64,000 nucleotides of DNA from an uncultured Flavobacteriaceae bacterium (GTDB lineage Bacteria > Bacteroidota > Bacteroidia > Flavobacteriales > Flavobacteriaceae), in NCBI GenBank assembly GCA_905480425.1, contig CAJQQG010000013.1, positions 5,017 to 69,016 on the forward strand, in the 5' to 3' direction. Each line of letters begins with the position of its first letter. Positions within the stretch are counted from its first letter, which is position 1. The position numbers and the translations under genes are program-made. Positions 30,560 to 40,042 of the stretch are shown one piece after another. Below the pieces are notes generated by a model that had not been told where the DNA came from, made no database searches, and saw only the letters and a list, made by a program, of their open reading frames with translations.

Positions 30560-31033
30560 CTAGTTGTTGTGATAAGGATGGTTATTTATAATAGTAAAGG
30601 CCCTATATAATTGTTCACAAAAAAATAAGCGTGCCATTTGGTGTGAAAAAGTCATTTTCGATAAACACATAAGCTTAGGGTATTTTTGATACAGCTGATC
30701 TGTAAAACCATATGCACCACCAATAACAAAAACAATTCTTTTAGTACCTGAGATCATATGTTGTTCAATCTGTTTTGAAAATTCAGTTGAAGTGTATGAT
30801 TTCCCTTTTTCATCTAACAAATAAACTTCATCTTCCACTTTTATTTTTTGTGTAATAAGCCGAGCTTCTTCAATTTTAATTTCTTTTGGGTTTACCTTCT
30901 TTTTGGCTTTAGCATTAGGTAGATAATGTATTGAAAATTTAACATAATGTTTTAAACGTTTTGTATAATCATCAACAGCAGATGTCCAAAAAGTACGATC
31001 TGTTTTTCCAACACATAGCAATTGAATTTTCAT
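30560..31033 (-). CDS. rlmH: 23S rRNA (pseudouridine1915-N3)-methyltransferase
   Basis: SPOUT family: MKIQLLCVGK..., FVIGGAYGF, LSKMTFSHQMARL..EQLYRA. I chose the ATG at 31033 (the track starts at 31048). Confidence 0.9.
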   Translation of the reverse strand: MKIQLLCVGKTDRTFWTSAVDDYTKRLKHYVKFSIHYLPNAKAKKKVNPKEIKIEEARLITQKIKVEDEVYLLDEKGKSYTSTEFSKQIEQHMISGTKRIVFVIGGAYGFTDQLYQKYPKLMCLSKMTFSHQMARLFFCEQLYRAFTIINNHPYHNN

Positions 31034-31126
31034 TATACAAAGATACAAAGCCTTCGGATTTTTTAAGGATTTATATCCTCATATGATTTTGCGGTCTATC
31101 TTTGTAGAAGATAAAAAAATGACTTA

Positions 31127-32062
31127 ATGTCAAAAATCATTCAAAATCCTGTGATTAAATCAATTATAGCTTTTTTGAAAGCCATAAAACTCCCTGGTTT
31201 TCGTGGATTTTCTATTTATGATTTATTCGAGATGTATTTTAAAGGAATTATTGAAGGGGCTCTTTCTTACAGAGCAGGTAGTATCGCTTTTAGCTTTTTT
31301 ATGGCCTTATTTCCTTTTTTGTTGTTTATTCTTAATTTGATTCCTTTTGTTGATATGATTCCTTTTATTAAGATTGACAACTTTGATCAAACTTTTTTAA
31401 GTTACATTGAATTGTTTCTTCCCTCAGAAACACAAACGTTTTTTACAAGTATTTTCGACGATATAAAAAACAAACCACGTGGTGGACTACTTTCTTCAGT
31501 TTTTTTACTTTCTATTTTTCTTTCTGCAAACGGTGTTTCCGCTATTTTTGGAAGCTTTGAGGTTTCGTATCATGTTGCTTTTTCAAGGAATTTTTTTCGT
31601 CAATACCTTCTTTCTGTTGGGGTAAGCATCGTTCTTGCTTTCCTCTCTTTATTTGCGGTTATCATCTTTTTTTATTTTGAATTTTATATACTAAACAATC
31701 TGGAATCTTTAGTCCCATCTGAAATAAGATTAACCCGAATGGGTCAGTTTGCCTTTTTTGGTCTTTTTGCTTATCTGACCGTTAGTATTCTTTACTTTTT
31801 TGGAACAATAGAGGGTCGAAAAATTCGTTTTTTCTCACCAGGTGCTCTTATGACCACATTATTATTTTTTTTAACTACTTATGGTTTTGGTATTTATATT
31901 GATAATTTTTCAACCTATAATCAGCTCTATGGATCCATTGGTGCTCTTTTAATTTTTCTTCTTTATATCTGGATGAATTCAAACATTCTTCTTTTGGGTT
32001 TTGAACTCAATGCAACCTTAACTCGATTTAAGAGAGAGCCAAAATTAAGTCCAAATGAATAA
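31127..32062 (+). CDS. YihY/BrkB-family membrane protein
   Basis: 311 aa, 6 TM, with motifs AGSIAFSFFMALFPFLLF and YGSIGALLIFLLYIWMNSNILLLGFELNA. Confidence 0.8.
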   Translation: MSKIIQNPVIKSIIAFLKAIKLPGFRGFSIYDLFEMYFKGIIEGALSYRAGSIAFSFFMALFPFLLFILNLIPFVDMIPFIKIDNFDQTFLSYIELFLPSETQTFFTSIFDDIKNKPRGGLLSSVFLLSIFLSANGVSAIFGSFEVSYHVAFSRNFFRQYLLSVGVSIVLAFLSLFAVIIFFYFEFYILNNLESLVPSEIRLTRMGQFAFFGLFAYLTVSILYFFGTIEGRKIRFFSPGALMTTLLFFLTTYGFGIYIDNFSTYNQLYGSIGALLIFLLYIWMNSNILLLGFELNATLTRFKREPKLSPNE

Positions 32063-34532
32063 TAAAATAGAAGTTACTTCTAATGGTTTTTTAGACGTTA
32101 TTCTTCCTTTGGCTTTGCCAAAACCCTACACTTATAAAATTACAAAAGCTCAGTTTAAAAATTTAGGTCCAGGGTATCGTGTGGCTGTTCCTTTCGGGAA
32201 AAGAAAAATATATACGGCCTTAGTAATTAAAGTGCACAATGTAGCTCCCCAGACATATGAGGCTAAACCTATAGTCACGATTTTAGATAAGGTGGCAACG
32301 GTTACTTCTTTTCAATTAGATTTTTGGAAATGGATGGCTTCTTATTATATGTGTACTCAAGGGGAAATAATGCGCGCTTGTTTACCTGCGGCACTTATGA
32401 TTGAAAGTGAGACCTTGTTGGTAAAATGTGAGGCTTCTGAGGAACAGCTGGCGATTCTTTCTGACGCTCAATATTTAGTATATGAGGCTCTTCAAAAACA
32501 ATCTCTTACGTTGGATGAAATTAGTAAGATAATAGACCGTAAACAAGTAATGGCATTGGTTATGGGGATGCTTAAAGAAGGTGTTGCTCAGATACACCAG
32601 CGTTTAGAAGAAAAGTTTAAACCGAAAAAAGTTCGATATGTTAAGCTTTCAGAATCGTATCATCAAGAAGACAAACTACAAACTCTTTTTAAGCAACTCC
32701 AGAAAGCACCGAAACAATTAGCCCTAATCATTGGAATTTTTTCTGAACGAGAAGCAATAAAAGATTGGAAAAAAGTATCTGATTTAAAAGCCAAAACAGG
32801 AGCAACAAGTGGACATATTAAATCTCTTTTGGATAAGAATATATTTGAAGAAAATTATCAAGAAGAACACCGTATTTTGATCCGAAAAACACAAAATGAA
32901 CCCGAATTAAAGACATTGTCTACAGCACAGCAAATTGCTTTAGATAAAATTAAAGTGGCCATTCAATATAAAAATGTAGTGTTATTTGAGGGAGTTACTT
33001 CTTCTGGAAAAACAGAGGTTTATATAAAACTGATTGAAGATTTATTATTAAAAGGGAAGCAAGTGCTATATCTTTTACCTGAAATATCACTTACTTCTCA
33101 AATTGTAAATAGATTAGCAGCAAGATTTGGCTCACAAGTGGAGGTATACCATTCTAAATTTTCAATTCATGAACGAACAGAAGTCTGGCAGAAAGTTCTT
33201 GATAATGAAGGAAAGGGTCAGGTAATTGTTGGTGCACGGTCTGCTGTTTTATTACCTTTTCAATCTTTAGGATTAGTGATTGTAGATGAAGAACATGAGA
33301 ATTCTTATAAACAATTTGATCCTGCACCGCGCTATCAAGCTCGTGATAGTGCTATATATTTAGCAAATTCAATGAAGGCTAAAGTCCTTTTAGGATCTGC
33401 AACTCCTTCTTTAGAAACGGCAGAAAATGTCAGAAATAAAAAGTATGGTTGGGTTACATTGACCGAACGCTACGGAGGGGTAGCGCTTCCTGCAATTAAG
33501 TTAATAGATTTGAAAGAGGCACATCGAAAAAAAAAAACGAAAGGGATGTTTTCAAGCCAATTAATTCAAGCAATTAAAGAAACTTTATCTGCTGGAAAAC
33601 AAGTCATTTTATTTCAAAACCGACGTGGGTATGCACCTATTTCTGAATGTACAAGTTGTGGTCACTCTCCGCAATGTGTTCAATGTGATGTGTCACTTAC
33701 TTATCATCAAACACAACAAAAATTACGATGCCACTATTGTGGTTATAATTTACCAATGCCCGTTCAATGTCACGCTTGTGGAATGCCCTCTTTAACAACC
33801 AAAGGAGTTGGTACACAACAAATCGAAGAACAAGTCAAAGAAATTTTTCCTGAAACTAACGTAGGTAGGATGGACTGGGATAGTACACGTGGTAAATGGG
33901 GTTTTGATACAATTATTGATGCTTTTATGCAAGAGCGTATTCAGGTACTTGTAGGAACACAAATGGTAGTTAAGGGCTTAGATTTTAAAAATGTATTGTT
34001 GGTAGGGGTTATTAATGCAGATCACGTATTAAATTTCCCTGACTTTAGAGCACATGAAAGAAGTTATCAAATGCTCTGTCAGGTTGCTGGAAGGGCAGGA
34101 AGATCTGATCAAAAAGGACAGGTTTTAATTCAAACTTATCAACCCGAGCATCCAACATTAAAACAGGTAATTAGTCATGATTATGAAAGTTTATATCTAA
34201 GTCAACGTATAGAACGACATAAATATAAATATCCTCCATATTATAGAATGATTCGAATTACGTTTAAAAGCAGACAATTCGAAACTGTAAATATGGCCTC
34301 TGATTGGTTTTCAAATGTGGTAAAACAATCATATAAAGGAACTGTTTTAGGTCCAGTTTTTCCTGCAGTTGCTAGGGTAAGAAATTTATATATTAAACAA
34401 CTCTTGGTGAAGATCGATCATGATTTACCTTCTAAAGAATTGAAAAGACTTTTGGAAAGAACCCACAAAAGCTTTCAAGCTATTGCCGCCTTTAGAAATA
34501 CTAGAATAAACTTTGATGTAGACCCCTATTGA
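32055..34532 (+). CDS. priA: primosomal replication protein N' (PriA helicase)
   Basis: 825 aa with Walker A GVTSSGKTEVY, DEEH (VIVDEEHE) and a Cys-rich zinc cluster (CTSCGH..CVQCD...CHYCG...CHACG). Confidence 0.95.
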   Translation: MNNKIEVTSNGFLDVILPLALPKPYTYKITKAQFKNLGPGYRVAVPFGKRKIYTALVIKVHNVAPQTYEAKPIVTILDKVATVTSFQLDFWKWMASYYMCTQGEIMRACLPAALMIESETLLVKCEASEEQLAILSDAQYLVYEALQKQSLTLDEISKIIDRKQVMALVMGMLKEGVAQIHQRLEEKFKPKKVRYVKLSESYHQEDKLQTLFKQLQKAPKQLALIIGIFSEREAIKDWKKVSDLKAKTGATSGHIKSLLDKNIFEENYQEEHRILIRKTQNEPELKTLSTAQQIALDKIKVAIQYKNVVLFEGVTSSGKTEVYIKLIEDLLLKGKQVLYLLPEISLTSQIVNRLAARFGSQVEVYHSKFSIHERTEVWQKVLDNEGKGQVIVGARSAVLLPFQSLGLVIVDEEHENSYKQFDPAPRYQARDSAIYLANSMKAKVLLGSATPSLETAENVRNKKYGWVTLTERYGGVALPAIKLIDLKEAHRKKKTKGMFSSQLIQAIKETLSAGKQVILFQNRRGYAPISECTSCGHSPQCVQCDVSLTYHQTQQKLRCHYCGYNLPMPVQCHACGMPSLTTKGVGTQQIEEQVKEIFPETNVGRMDWDSTRGKWGFDTIIDAFMQERIQVLVGTQMVVKGLDFKNVLLVGVINADHVLNFPDFRAHERSYQMLCQVAGRAGRSDQKGQVLIQTYQPEHPTLKQVISHDYESLYLSQRIERHKYKYPPYYRMIRITFKSRQFETVNMASDWFSNVVKQSYKGTVLGPVFPAVARVRNLYIKQLLVKIDHDLPSKELKRLLERTHKSFQAIAAFRNTRINFDVDPY

Positions 34533-34673
34533 TATCTGGCAACAGATTCATGAAATTATTTTTTCAAAAAAATGAGTTAGATAAAATCCTTATATAAAAT
34601 TTGAATCAATGTTTATATAGTCTAGAAGTGTTTTTGAGGTGTATTAAAAACTTTATTTTAAATGTATCTTTAT

Positions 34674-34704
34674 TTGGTTTACTGTACTTATTACTCTATT
34701 TTTG
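34674..34704 (+). promoter_or_regulatory. Bacteroidota sigma-A-type promoter for rpsF-rpsR-rplI (-33 TTG, 20-nt spacer, -7 TATTTTTG)
   Basis: TTG at 34674-34676 and TATTTTTG at 34697-34704, 18 nt upstream of ATG 34723. Confidence 0.5.
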
Positions 34705-34722
34705 CCGATCAAAATTAAAGTT

Positions 34723-35067
34723 ATGAACCAATACGAAACTGTTTTCATTTTAAATCCCGTTCTCTCTGAAACTCAGATTGAGGAAGCAGTTCAAAAGTTT
34801 ATAGAATTTATTAAGTCTCACAAAGGTACTATCACAAGCCAAGAAAATTGGGGACTTAAAAAACTTGCTTATCCTATTGAGAATAAGAAAAGTGGCTTCT
34901 ATCATCTTTTTGAATTTGCTATACCAAATGAGGCTATAACACCCTTAGAGATTGAATTTCGCCGAGACGAACGCATCATGCGTTACCTTACTGTTAAATT
35001 AGATAAGCACGCTTTAGCGTGGGCAGAAAAAAGAAGAAAAAAAAACAAAGCAAAATCAAAAGCATAA
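34723..35067 (+). CDS. rpsF: 30S ribosomal protein S6
   Basis: MNQYETVFILNP... The track ORF begins at an upstream TTG (34702). Confidence 0.95.
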   Translation: MNQYETVFILNPVLSETQIEEAVQKFIEFIKSHKGTITSQENWGLKKLAYPIENKKSGFYHLFEFAIPNEAITPLEIEFRRDERIMRYLTVKLDKHALAWAEKRRKKNKAKSKA

Positions 35068-35070
35068 GTA

Positions 35071-35367
35071 ATGTCTAAGATAGAAGAACAAAACTCAGGG
35101 AAAAAAGAAGGTGAAATCAGATATTTAACACCGTTAAATATTGATACAAATACTCAGAAAAAATACTGTCGTTTTAAACGTTCAGGTATTAAACATATTG
35201 ATTACAAAGACCCAGATTTTTTAATCAAGTTTGTAAATGAGCAGGGTAAAATTTTACCAAGAAGATTAACAGGTACTTCGTTGAAATATCAACGTAAAGT
35301 TTCTGTGGCCGTTAAAAGAGCACGTCATTTGGCTTTAATGCCTTATGTTGCTGATATGTTAAAATAA
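35071..35367 (+). CDS. rpsR: 30S ribosomal protein S18
   Basis: [15 protein letters not shown]...[32 protein letters not shown]. Confidence 0.95.
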   Translation: MSKIEEQNSGKKEGEIRYLTPLNIDTNTQKKYCRFKRSGIKHIDYKDPDFLIKFVNEQGKILPRRLTGTSLKYQRKVSVAVKRARHLALMPYVADMLK

Positions 35368-35379
35368 AAAACTCTCATC

Positions 35380-35847
35380 ATGGAATTAATATTAAAAGAA
35401 GACGTTCAAAACCTTGGATTTAAAGATGAAATAGTGAGTGTAAAAAATGGTTACGGTCGTAACTTTCTTATACCTAAAGGGAAGGGAGTAATGGCTACCG
35501 TTTCTGCTCGCAAAGTTCTCGCTGAAAATCTCAAGCAACGTGCGTTTAAAGAAAAATCAATTATTGACGAAGCTAAAGCAAGAGCAGAGAAAATTAAAGC
35601 CCTTGAAATTAAGTTACCATCCAAAGTAGGTTCTGGTGACAAATTATTTGGATCAATATCTAATATTGATCTTGCTTCAGCCATCAGTTCAAAAGCTTTA
35701 GAGTTAGATAAGAAATTCATTACTTTACCAGGAAAAACAATCAAACGTTTAGGTAAATATGAAGCGACTATTCGATTACATCGTGAGGTAAGTTTTGAAT
35801 TACCGTTTGAAATTATTCCAGATACAAAAGCAAAAGCAAAAGCATAA
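35380..35847 (+). CDS. rplI: 50S ribosomal protein L9
   Basis: MELILKEDVQNLGFKDEIVSVKNGYGRNFLIPKG... Confidence 0.95.
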   Translation: MELILKEDVQNLGFKDEIVSVKNGYGRNFLIPKGKGVMATVSARKVLAENLKQRAFKEKSIIDEAKARAEKIKALEIKLPSKVGSGDKLFGSISNIDLASAISSKALELDKKFITLPGKTIKRLGKYEATIRLHREVSFELPFEIIPDTKAKAKA

Positions 35848-35855
35848 TTATTTAT

Positions 35856-35881
35856 AAGCCCACATTTATGTGGGCTTTTTT
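35856..35881 (+). terminator. rho-independent terminator after rplI
   Basis: AAGCCCACA-ttta-TGTGGGCTT followed by a T-run. Confidence 0.85.
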
Positions 35882-35898
35882 ATTCCAAACATGCAGGG

Positions 35899-36381
35899 AT
35901 GAAATTCCATCGACTTTCTGAAGCTCAATTTCATGAAATGCATGAAGAATTTTCTGTATTCCTCGCAAGCAATAGTATTGACAAAAAAAAATGGGAACGA
36001 ATTAAGTCCGAGGTACCTGAGAAAGTTACTTTTTTACTTGATAAATTTAGTGACTTAGTCTGGGAGAAAATTTTGAATCAATGTAATTATTTAGAATTCA
36101 GTACCCCCTCACAACTTTTTTTGTTTCATACCAAAAAAAACAGTGTCGATGTATTAGTAGTTAAATCATTAGATATAGTCCAAGACTTATCAACCCCTAT
36201 AGGTTTTCAATGGATGCTTAAAAATATATCCTCAGATTATATTTCGTTATTTAATGCTTCCAAAATCTATACGCCTAATCGTACTGACTTTATTTATTCT
36301 TATTTAAAGAAGGGGGCTGTTCTTTCTGATGGTCAATATTTTAAGCATCTAAAAAGTTATTTTCCCAATTCGATAAAATAG
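35899..36381 (+). CDS. conserved hypothetical protein (DUF6495-like, from memory)
   Basis: 160 aa, soluble. The N-terminus (RLSEAQFHEMHEEFSVFLASNSIDKKKWERIK) resembles a family widespread in Flavobacteriia. Confidence 0.4.
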   Translation: MKFHRLSEAQFHEMHEEFSVFLASNSIDKKKWERIKSEVPEKVTFLLDKFSDLVWEKILNQCNYLEFSTPSQLFLFHTKKNSVDVLVVKSLDIVQDLSTPIGFQWMLKNISSDYISLFNASKIYTPNRTDFIYSYLKKGAVLSDGQYFKHLKSYFPNSIK

Positions 36382-36407
36382 AAGATATTTACAGTACATT
36401 ATTCATT

Positions 36408-37778
36408 ATGGCAATTAAACCAGGAACATTAAAAGGAACTCGAGATTTTTCTTCATCAGAAATTTCTAAAAGAAATTATATAAAGAAAATTCTTCAAAAT
36501 GTTTTTGAAAAATTTAGTTTTCAGCCTATAGAAACCCCTTCTTTTGAGCGATTAGAGACATTTACAGGTGTTTATGGTGAAGAAGGAGATCGTTTAGTTT
36601 TTAAGCTATTAAATTCCGGAGAAAAGGTAAAAAATGCTGATACAGAAGCGCTTGCTGCTGGACACTATCAAAAATTCTCACGCTCTCTTTCTGAAAAAGC
36701 TTTACGATACGATTTAACGGTTCCATTTGCACGTTACGTTGCTCAACATCAAAATGAGTTATCCTTTCCATTTAGGCGCTACCAGATACAGCCTGTTTGG
36801 CGAGCAGATAGACCACAGCATGGAAGATTTCAGGAATTCTATCAATGTGACGCAGATATAGTTGGTGATCGTTCTTTATGGCAAGAGGTCGAGGTTTTAT
36901 CATTATATGACAGGGCTTTTACAGATTTGAAAATTGAAGGAGTTCATTTAAAAATAAACCATCGAAAAATATTGGCTGGAATTGTTTCAAAACTTGGAGC
37001 TAAAGAACGTTTAGTAGATTTTACAATAGCTTTAGATAAAATTGATAAAATCGGAAAAGAGGGTGTTTTTAAAGAGTTAGTAGCAAAAGGATTTTCTCAA
37101 GATGCACTTGCTTTATTAGATAAGCTACTTTCAATATCAGGAAGTAATTCGAAACAGTTAGCAGCACTCAAAGATATATTATCTGAAGAACCCGAAGGTC
37201 TTGAAGGAATTCAAGAATTAGAATTTATTTTAAAACATTTAAAGAATACATCACTATCCACAGTTCTATTAGATTTTGATTTAACCCTTGCTAGAGGCCT
37301 GCATTACTACACCGGAATGATAGTTGAAGTAAGTGCTCCTGAGGCTGTTAAAATGGGCTCAATTGGTGGAGGTGGACGCTATGATGACTTAACATCTGCT
37401 TTTGGGTTAAAAAACATGAGTGGTATTGGTGTTTCTTTTGGTTTTGAAAGAATTTATTTAGTTATGGAAGCTTTAAATCTTTTTCCAAAGGAATTATTAT
37501 TTACAACCGAGGTGTTATTTACTAATTTTGGTTCAAAAGCTGCTACTATTTCATACTCTTGCGTTTCAATACTTAGGAAGCAAAATATATCATGTGAATT
37601 ATATCCTACAGAAGCTAAATTAAAAAAGCAACTAGGTTATGCAGATCAAAAAAATATTCAAAAAGTTGTGCTCATTGGTGAAGCAGAAGTAAGTCAACAA
37701 ACCTTTATTTTAAAAGATATGGAAAGTGGAGTACAAAGTTCACATCCCATTAAAGAATTAATAGCTATTTTTTCTTAG
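36408..37778 (+). CDS. hisS: histidine--tRNA ligase
   Basis: Class II motifs: RYDLTVPFARY, FRRYQIQPVWRADRPQHGRFQEFYQCDAD, GGGGRYD. It also has a C-terminal anticodon-binding domain. Confidence 0.95.
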   Translation: MAIKPGTLKGTRDFSSSEISKRNYIKKILQNVFEKFSFQPIETPSFERLETFTGVYGEEGDRLVFKLLNSGEKVKNADTEALAAGHYQKFSRSLSEKALRYDLTVPFARYVAQHQNELSFPFRRYQIQPVWRADRPQHGRFQEFYQCDADIVGDRSLWQEVEVLSLYDRAFTDLKIEGVHLKINHRKILAGIVSKLGAKERLVDFTIALDKIDKIGKEGVFKELVAKGFSQDALALLDKLLSISGSNSKQLAALKDILSEEPEGLEGIQELEFILKHLKNTSLSTVLLDFDLTLARGLHYYTGMIVEVSAPEAVKMGSIGGGGRYDDLTSAFGLKNMSGIGVSFGFERIYLVMEALNLFPKELLFTTEVLFTNFGSKAATISYSCVSILRKQNISCELYPTEAKLKKQLGYADQKNIQKVVLIGEAEVSQQTFILKDMESGVQSSHPIKELIAIFS

Positions 37779-38211
37779 CCTTTATTTTCAGTAGATAATG
37801 TAGGTTTTGAACAGGGCTGGAATGGCTATTTAAGTAATGTGCTTAATTTTCCATTAGCTCTTTTTTTTTGAATATATATAAGATTTACGACTTTTAAAAT
37901 CACTTGTTCTCTAATAATCCAAATGCTTTATTTAATTTTAACAATCAAATTTACTCAACCAACAGTAAAACTGGTGTAGAAATAAAAGCAATGTCTTTCA
38001 CCATTTTTTTAATCTTGTTTTAGTGTAAAATCAGCTAAAAATTAAAGGAACCACAGGATATATTTGGCATCGAAGAAAGTCAAGGGACTTTAGTAACAGG
38101 TAATGACAAAAGAAGAAAAATGTTATAGCCTTTTACTTAAGGGTCAGGACGATTTAGTTAATTACATAAACATTTAGGCACAAAAACTAAATTAGTATTC
38201 GCTAAAATAAT

Positions 38212-39903
38212 CTAGTTGAATTTTTTCTTTTTAAAATTTTTCTTTGGAGAAAATGTTTTGCCTTTTTTCGTAAGTTCAACACTTACCTTTCTATCATCCA
38301 TTATAAGATTATCAAAAGCTTTTAGAACTAAATCTCTGTGTTTTTTATGGGTGGAGAAAAATGAAAAATTCTTCATTACTTCTACTTGAAATACATCATC
38401 TTGCTCTAAACTCAAGAAGGATCTAAGAAAATCTTTTAATGTGGTCCATTCGTATTGATCTCGTGCACCAACATTAATAAAGAATCGGTCTTTATCTTCT
38501 GGTGCATTTATCTTACGATCACTTCTTTCAAAGCTTCTGTCAGAACTCCTGTCGGAGCGCCTAGAACTTCTCTCAGAACGCCCTTCACCACTAAACTCTA
38601 GAGCCTTTGGATGCAGATCAAAGGATTTAAACTCTTTAGACAAGATTAACTCGATTAATGTTTCCTTTGTTAACTCTTCAAAAGCATTTATTACCTTGGG
38701 TAAGTGGTTATGTAAATCACTTTTAATAGGTGTAGTTTTAACTTGTTCTACCCAGTGGTTTATTTTAGAGGTGAAGACTTCTTCAGCAGAGGGCATTTGA
38801 ATCTCTGAAAGCTTTGTTTGTAATTTGTTTTCAATTGACTTAATTTTTCTACGGTCAGATTTGGTAACAAAAATAATTGAGGTTCCTTTTTTACCAGCTC
38901 TACCAGTACGTCCACTTCTGTGGGTATACACTTCAGTCTCATCTGGAAGTTGATAATTTATTACATGAGTAATATCATCTACATCAATTCCTCTTGCTGC
39001 TACATCGGTAGCAACCAAGAGCTGTATTCTTTTCTTTCGAAATGACTGCATTACAATATCACGTTGGTTCTGACTTAAGTCACCGTGAATAGCTGCTGCC
39101 TTATAACCGTCTTGGATTAATTTATCAGCTACTTTTTGAGTTTCAATTTTTGTACGACAAAAAACAACTCCAAAAATATCTGTATTCATACTTACTACTG
39201 CTCTTAAAGCAGCATAGCGCTCTCTTCCAGGAACAATAAAATATTGGTGTTCAATATTCTTTGCACTTGAGTTTTTAGTCCCAACAGTAATTTCTTGTGG
39301 GTTATTCATGAATTTTTTAGCAATTCTGTTTACCTCTGGAGGCATTGTTGCTGAAAAAAGCCATGAATTTTTATCGTTTGGTGTGTGTGTTAAAATGTCT
39401 TTTATGTCTTCATAAAAGCCCATATTAAGCATTTCATCAGCTTCGTCTAACACGCAATATTTTATAGCACTAATATCAACAAGTCTTCGCTTGATCATGT
39501 CTTTTAAACGTCCAGGAGTAGCGACTACAATTTGGGCTCCCCTTTTAATCTTATTTGCTTGTTCTTGGATATTTGCACCTCCATAAATTGCAACAACATT
39601 TACTCCTTTAATTGCTTTTCCATATTCTACCATATCATTTGTGATTTGGATACACAATTCTCGGGTGGGAGATAAAATAAGTCCCTGTGTCCTTCTATTA
39701 GTAGAGTCAATTCTTTGGAGCATTGGAAAGCCAAACGCAGCAGTTTTACCAGTACCAGTCTGTGCTAAAGCAACTAGATCCGTGTCTTGTTCTAGTAATA
39801 TTGGAATTACTTTGTCTTGAACATCCGTTGGAGTTTCGAATCCTAGCTTTTCAACGGCTTTTAGAAGTTCTGCGTTGAGTCCTAGAGACTTAAAAGTTGT
39901 CAT
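38212..39903 (-). CDS. DEAD-box ATP-dependent RNA helicase (DeaD/CsdA-like) with Arg/Ser-rich linker and C-terminal DbpA-type RNA-binding domain
   Basis: Q-motif, Walker A AQTGTGKTAAF, DEAD (VLDEADEM), SAT, HRSGRTGRAG. The C-terminus has a FFINVGARD... fold pattern. Confidence 0.9.
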   Translation of the reverse strand: MTTFKSLGLNAELLKAVEKLGFETPTDVQDKVIPILLEQDTDLVALAQTGTGKTAAFGFPMLQRIDSTNRRTQGLILSPTRELCIQITNDMVEYGKAIKGVNVVAIYGGANIQEQANKIKRGAQIVVATPGRLKDMIKRRLVDISAIKYCVLDEADEMLNMGFYEDIKDILTHTPNDKNSWLFSATMPPEVNRIAKKFMNNPQEITVGTKNSSAKNIEHQYFIVPGRERYAALRAVVSMNTDIFGVVFCRTKIETQKVADKLIQDGYKAAAIHGDLSQNQRDIVMQSFRKKRIQLLVATDVAARGIDVDDITHVINYQLPDETEVYTHRSGRTGRAGKKGTSIIFVTKSDRRKIKSIENKLQTKLSEIQMPSAEEVFTSKINHWVEQVKTTPIKSDLHNHLPKVINAFEELTKETLIELILSKEFKSFDLHPKALEFSGEGRSERSSRRSDRSSDRSFERSDRKINAPEDKDRFFINVGARDQYEWTTLKDFLRSFLSLEQDDVFQVEVMKNFSFFSTHKKHRDLVLKAFDNLIMDDRKVSVELTKKGKTFSPKKNFKKKKFN

Positions 39904-39920
39904 ATATTGTATTCTGCGTG

Positions 39921-39928
39921 CAAAAGTA
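39921..39928 (-). promoter_or_regulatory. Bacteroidota-type -7 box TACTTTTG upstream of the helicase gene
   Basis: The reverse complement of CAAAAGTA at 39921-39928, 17 nt upstream of ATG 39903. Confidence 0.35.
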
Positions 39929-39990
39929 GTCTAAATTAAGTAGTTAGAACTTCTTTTGTGACATATTTTAAATTACAATATACTTATAAC

Positions 39991-40022
39991 AAAAAATCCT
40001 ACTGTTAAAGCAGGATTTTTTT
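39991..40022 (-). terminator. rho-independent terminator after the Gfo/Idh/MocA oxidoreductase gene
   Basis: AAAAAATCCT / AGGATTTTTT arms around an 11-nt loop. The symmetric A/T runs mean it reads as a terminator on the - strand. Confidence 0.7.
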
Positions 40023-40042
40023 AGTTTGTATTTTAATAGTTA

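Noticed and set aside
33527-33537. An A11 homopolymer inside priA (coding ..HRKKKTKG..), a potential slippage or phase-variation site.
   Set aside because: The reading frame is intact, and priA is a core replication-restart gene that is unlikely to be phase-variable. It is worth checking only as a sequencing-error hotspot.
34702-34722. Upstream non-ATG extensions proposed by the ORF track: TTG 34702 for rpsF, TTG 50454 for the ABC ATPase, TTG 1460 for MarR, GTG 63791 for GH3, and the ATG extensions at 20894, 31048, 47483 and 56688.
   Set aside because: Conserved N-termini ([22 protein letters not shown] and others), signal-peptide logic and -7 box positions favour the downstream ATGs. For GH3 the frame simply continues upstream to the window end.
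38072-38086. GAAGAAAGTCAAGGG, which superficially resembles the conserved GAGGAAAGTCCGGGC core of RNase P RNA, inside the long hisS/helicase spacer.
   Set aside because: There are several mismatches in the invariant core, and no flanking helices (P1-P4 pairings) could be traced.
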